Of a stretch of 64,000 nt of DNA, positions 58,674-64,000 are shown one piece after another; the stretch's first letter is position 1, and each line of letters opens with the position of its first letter. Origin of the DNA: Camelus ferus (lineage: Eukaryota). The DNA lies in the NCBI RefSeq assembly GCF_009834535.1, contig NC_045696.1:114764001-114828000 (forward strand), read 5' to 3'. The notes under the pieces were generated by a model. The model was given only the letters and a program-made list of their open reading frames with translations, was not told the DNA's origin and searched no databases. Both the position numbers and the translations under genes were made by a program.

Positions 58674-60908
58674 AGCTTCATTTTCTCAGGCTGTAAAAGG
58701 ATGTCTTCATTTAGGGGGAAGTAAAGCTGTTGACAGCCAACTCTGGCATCAGAGCTGACTGTTGAGAATAAAGAAAATAACTCAACATCTGAATATCAAA
58801 CCTCACAGAAGGTCTCTGATTGGCCCTGTGTTGGGTTGTATAGCCTCCTGTGGAAGAAGTCACCATGATGTGTTAATTCTGGGGTCATGTGCCTAACACC
58901 GAGGTCAGGGGCAGGAGACTGTGGTTGGTTGACTCACCTGAATTATGTAAGTGGGTGGAGAAGGAGAGGAATGAGATTCAGTGTTTTTAGGTGGCTGGAC
59001 AGAAGACAATTACATCTTTATTATCATTTTCATCCTACCAATGTCCGTGTGGAAGAAAGTTCTATATGGGAAGAATCTTCCTTTATTAAATGGGTCTGGA
59101 CATTGCCAAGGATTTTTTTTTAAGATATTGGCACTTCAGAGTAATTCTGTAAGCATGAGTAGTAAGCTATTGGTACACTTTTTCTGTGTTTCTCATAAAG
59201 TGTAATTTTTAGAAGGCTTACAGTACTAATGTCTGGATCATTATACTCCACAGAAATTTTTGAATTACAGTCTTTCTTGCTTTTATTTATAACTCAATAA
59301 AAAAAAGTTTAAAAAAATACAATCTTTCTTTTAATTATATTTCTTTAGATGGTGTATCAAAAGCAATTATTCATTAATTATTATTTTGCATATACTACAC
59401 ATTTTGTTGGTCTCTTGATTTTTTGAAAAATTATTTTTTATCCGCTTAAAGGCTTAAAAACAACAGAGAAATGCATACAACCCAAATGTTCATAATATGC
59501 TTCAGCTAGACTTACCTCTAAAAGAAAAAAATGCCCTAGGGATAACTCTTAAGTGCTCCCACTAGACAAAATAGCACTATAAGGTCAGTATAATGCACAA
59601 TTTAAAAATGCATTTAACTAGACCAATAATAATTATCAAGTCCCATTAACAATATAGGAGAGCAATCTCTGCTTTGCATTCTCTGTGTTTATAAAGAAAA
59701 TAGAGAAAACTGCATTTAATTCACTGTGATAAGTCAGCAACTGAAATAATAGAAACTGCCAATTTCATTAAAATTGGGCATATTTTCTTAGAGATGAACA
59801 CCAGGTGTCTTGTCATCAGCGAAAAAAAAAACCCTGTTTGAATATGAATTTCAGGTATTTTTCAAGCATTTTAACTTTTAGAATTTCGCAGAACATCCTT
59901 TGTAAATAGTAATTGTAAAGTGGTAGCTCACACTGTTGTTACTTTAAATTAGCTTAAATTGCACCTGAAATTGCAGGAATGGAAAGCTATCCATGTGGAG
60001 AGGGAAAAAGCGCATCTCCATATCATATCTTTTACCTTGTATGGATGGATGTGTTTAAAGGGTTGCAGACTTTGTGGAGAAATTGTAGAGAAGCATAAGG
60101 TAATGGGTAGAGATCAGTTTTATATATATTTATGTGTATCAGTATTTGATTTTACCTCAATATCAAGTTCCTTCAGCTAGACCAGTGGGCCTGTTCCATG
60201 CTGCCTGGTTGCTGTTTGCATAACCTTGACCCGTTAGAGGTCCTGATACTAACAGTTCCTTTCTGAACTTGGGACTACGAGGCATTAAATTCAGTGACCA
60301 CAGTTAACACATATATTCAGAGAAATTCCCTCTAGATATTTCAAAAAGACTTTTTTATTTACTTAAAATGAAATCAAGGTTACCAACATGTCAACTAAGA
60401 AATAAATTAGTAACAGAAAAGAACTGTGCTCAAAAAATCTATTTGCTCCTCCTGGTCAAGGCAGCTATCATCAGAGAGGGCACAGGTCAGAATAAGATAA
60501 AATAAAAACACCAGCTGTGGGATCTGAGCCCAGGGGATGGTCCGTGTCGCGGACAGAATGTCAGTCTGAAATTCACATTTCCCATCTTGTAGATTGGCTT
60601 TTCAACATTGACTGGATTTGAATCTTATTAATATATTTGCCCACAAGTAATTGTTTTAGAAATTACTCTTCAGCAGCAATATAAAATCTCAAACTGTGAT
60701 GGCAACACTTACAAGAATACTGTTTTTATTGCTTCATTGCACCCACTGGGCCATTCTTATGGTTGAATATCGTGGGGAAGTGCTCATTTTCCAAACGATA
60801 CAAACACATCAGGGCAAGAGTGTGTTAGAATGAGTCAAGTCTAACAGATGGCGTGTGAGAGGCAGCAGAGAGCTCTGTAAGGAGACTTCACTTTCTAAGA
60901 TCTCCTAC

Positions 60909-61499
60909 TGTTGTGGGAGAATAGGTTCTTGCCTTACACAGGAAAAAATACAAGTGCAAGACACGGTAAAGAGAAAGCAAATTTCTTTACAGAGACACAC
61001 ATTCTACAGACAAAGTGCAGTCTGTCTCATTCAGAAGGGAAAACGGCTTAGGAGATAACCCACTCCATAGGCAGAATGTGGGCCATCTCGGGAAGGTGAG
61101 GGAGAGAGACTGAGAGGTATAGAGGGTTTAGTTTAAAGTAAAAGCAGATCCACACTCCATAGACAGAGTGCAGGCCGTCTCGGAAGGCAAGAGGGAGAGC
61201 AACCAGGAGGTGCAGGGCTGTTAGGTTTTATGGGCTTGGTAATTTCATATGCTAATGAGTAGGAGGAGGATTCCAACTAGTTTGGGGAAGGGGGGAGGAT
61301 TTCCAGGAAACACCCCCACACACACTTTGACCTTTTATGGTCAGCCTAGGAACTGTCCTGTCCCTGTGGCTGTGCCATGAGGCTCAAGGTCAACTGGAAG
61401 TCAACTCTTCCGCCATCTTGGTTCTAACCAGTCTGTCCTGTCCTCACTGCTGTGTCAGTCCTTCAGTGGCTGTGCCCTGCCCTCTTTCCTCCCACTTCA
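60909..61499 (-). mobile_element. Complete ERV1 solo LTR, related to the retrocopy at 9958-10215
   Basis: TG...CA termini (TGTTG at 60909, TTCA at 61499); perfect 4-bp TSD CTAC at 60905-60908 and 61500-61503; three internal ~50-bp repeats. Confidence 0.9.
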
Positions 61500-62514
61500 C
61501 TACTATCATTTGGAAGGCAGTCTTTGTGTTTAAGTGAACAATGGGACACTGTCCACCAGACATAAGACGATGTAGAATCATCCACTTAGGTCCTCTGTCT
61601 ATTCACCACTGCTTTTGTAAATACCACACAAAACAACTTTGAGCTACTTAAATTTGGCTTATTGGCATCACCTAAAGACAGACGCAAAAAGACAGAATTG
61701 AAATGTAAAATTTTTTTTTTTTTTGATGTTGAGGAGGAGGATAAAGACTTGTATTCCTATAATGCCTTTATTAAAGTTTTGGGTCTGCAAATCTACAAAC
61801 CTATCCAAATTTGCCCAATATTATCACAACTCCCTCCCTCCTTTCCTCACTCTCTTCCTCTTTTGGGTTTCTCTGCTCCAGATTCAAATTTCTCCTTAGT
61901 TGTAACTTTCCCCCTTAAGCAAAGTTTGAATACTATGAATTGCCACAGATATTCCTCATGAGAGGAAATTTGTTCTCTTCTGGTTTCATTGCTGACTCCA
62001 TTCTCCATACAAAATGAATTAAATATTTGTGTAGCATTTAAAAAGTACACATATATGTATGCATGTGTGGGTGTGTCAGAGTGTGTGTATGTATGTTTAT
62101 TTAGAGAGAGAAGAGGAGAGAGAAATTAGTCACTGTAGGAGAGCTTTTGTATTTTAAAAGTTGACTTTTGTAAATTAATTATGGTCTCAAATAGTTCTAA
62201 ACCATCCAAGGTGCTCTATTAACTAGTTAGTGTGAGCCTGAGCAATAGATGCGTAATGTCAGTTAATTGAAAAACATACGGTGTTAATTAGTGTTTAGCT
62301 ACCTTATTTTAGTAGATCTCAATTAAGTAAGTGAGTGCAGTGTAGCCAGACTGTATCCAAGATGACAGATCAAAGTTGCTGCTGGAAAAAGATACTGAAT
62401 ACAGAAATGAAGAAATTTCAACAAAGAAGGACCATACACTTTCTTAAGAATTTACACATGCGTTTTTGTATGTGAGAGGATTTAGATTGTAGAAAGCTCC
62501 TGCTTTGTTACAAG

Positions 62515-62712
62515 ATTGGAGATATTATTAGACTCTGACTCGAGAGCCAGAACCCGAATTCAAAACCCAGCTCTTCCGCTGATTGGCTGTGCTGCAATTT
62601 CTTCATTATAAATTTGGGTTAATTATAAGATCTACCTCATTGGTGATATTTTGAGGATAAATGAATTAATATTTATAAAGTACTTCAACTGTGATAGCAC
62701 CTAGTAAATTAC
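62515..62712 (+). mobile_element. MIR SINE
   Basis: GAGCCAGAACCCGAATTCAAAACCCAGCTCT...CTACCTCATTGG..TTGAGGATAAATGAATTAATATTTATAAAG. Confidence 0.75.
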
Positions 62713-62726
62713 ATTATAAGTATTTC

Positions 62727-62912
62727 TAAAACAACAAATTTACTCTGTATAGCACAGGGAAATAAACTCAATATGTTGTAGTAACTTATGGTGAAAAAAA
62801 AATGAAAATGAATACATGTATGTTCCCATACATGAAGTATTGTGCTGTACACCAGAAATTGACACAACACTGTAAACTGACTATACTTCAAAAAAACACA
62901 TACTAAAAAAAA
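62727..62912 (+). mobile_element. Short 5'-truncated young L1 3' end
   Basis: AACAACAAATTTACTCTGTATAGCACAGGGAA...ACACCAGAAATTGACACAACACTGTAAACTGACTATACTTCA(A)n; flanking repeat GTATTTCTAAA. Confidence 0.9.
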
Positions 62913-64000
62913 TGTATTTCTAAATTATTAGTATTTCTAAAAACAAAAAAAATGGGCATTTTTGTAAGTGTTATTCATAAAAAGCCATTCATTGTGAACA
63001 CATTTCAAATATGGTATTGTTGCCAATTACTCTGGACACTAGTTATGAATAAGACTCTTCTACTGTACTGGAGTGCGGTCCATCCAGTAAGAGCATGGGA
63101 TGAAAAGAGATGCCAGGATTTTGGCAGGAAATTACCGCCACGGGACCCAAAACAGATCACGTCCCTGTGATCAGCTCATCCTCCACTTGTATACTCATCT
63201 TTTCATGTAAGCAAAGCCAGGTCAATATCGAATGGTCACTTGGTGGCCATGTCATCAGGACAGGGAGAGCGAGATGAACCAAGAGTTTTATGATACTGAG
63301 ACACTGAAGCCTGCAGCATCTCTCTCAACAGAGATGGTCATACCCACAGCCAGGTCTTGTCCCAGGGCAGTACCCCTTCCCTGGACAGTGTCTTAATACA
63401 TCCAAGTCACACTTCCTAGCGGACTCTCACACGTGCTCTCCTGGCCGACCGGTTCCTTGCGGTCAGGATTTCTTCATACATTTGGATGCCTTTATTCCGG
63501 CCACTTCAAGTTTCCTCTGAACTTTTGTTGGCCTGGAAGCATTCTTCTCTCCTCTGTAACTTTGCAAAGCTCTTTTCTGACCCATTATGTCTTCATGTCA
63601 AAGCTTAATGCTTCAGAGGCTTTCCTTAGTTTCCAGTTCCTAAAAAAGAAACCTCACTTTCTAATGCTATTTAACATTGAGTCAGCTTGCTTGATGAAGC
63701 AGTGGGAATATAAAAGCAAACTGAATTTTGAGCTATTTAAAAAGAATGTGACTGTTTGACCAGGAAAGCCTCAAGTTATGCCTATTTCCAATTTAGCAAA
63801 ATATTATTATTAAAAGTTGCATTAAAATAGGCCAGCAGGAGTGTGGTACAAATGTTCTCTTTCATGCCAGTTTCAACCATTGTCCTGCCTGTCTGCAAGA
63901 GAATTTGTTCTCAGATTAACACATGCTTATATCTAGAGGACAATCAGCAATAAGTTGCTTTCCTGGACAGACTTCAGACACAACGTAACTAACATCTCCC

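Overview
AT-rich, CpG-poor mammalian nuclear DNA, very probably camelid (camel/alpaca/llama). The assignment rests on a Vic-1-like tRNA-derived SINE at ~46.45 kb and repeated young L1 3' ends reading ...CCAGAAATTGACACAACATTGTAAACTGACTATACTTCA(A)n. I recognise no host protein-coding gene, rRNA, genuine tRNA or CRISPR array. The ORF track is explained by broken L1 ORF2 pieces and chance ORFs, so the window is intergenic or deep-intronic. Much of it is interspersed repeat: young and old L1, L2, MIR, MaLR/ERVL/ERV1 solo LTRs and hAT/Tigger MITEs, often nested. Repeat family names are from recalled consensus similarity and need RepeatMasker/Dfam confirmation. The best-supported curiosities are: (1) a polyadenylated, TSD-flanked retrocopy of an ERV1 LTR transcript end (9947-10226), with a related complete solo LTR in the same window (60909-61499); (2) a tail-less internal L1 ORF2 fragment joined by microhomology inside an MLT1 LTR; (3) several young L1s with non-A sequence in their tails and clustered 5' truncation points; (4) a twin-primed (5'-inverted) L1; (5) a 107-bp tandem duplication with an inverted templated junction; (6) repeat-free stretches dense in transcription-factor motifs (13.4-16.0 kb, 44.3-45.0 kb). 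I found no convincing wholly new biological system.
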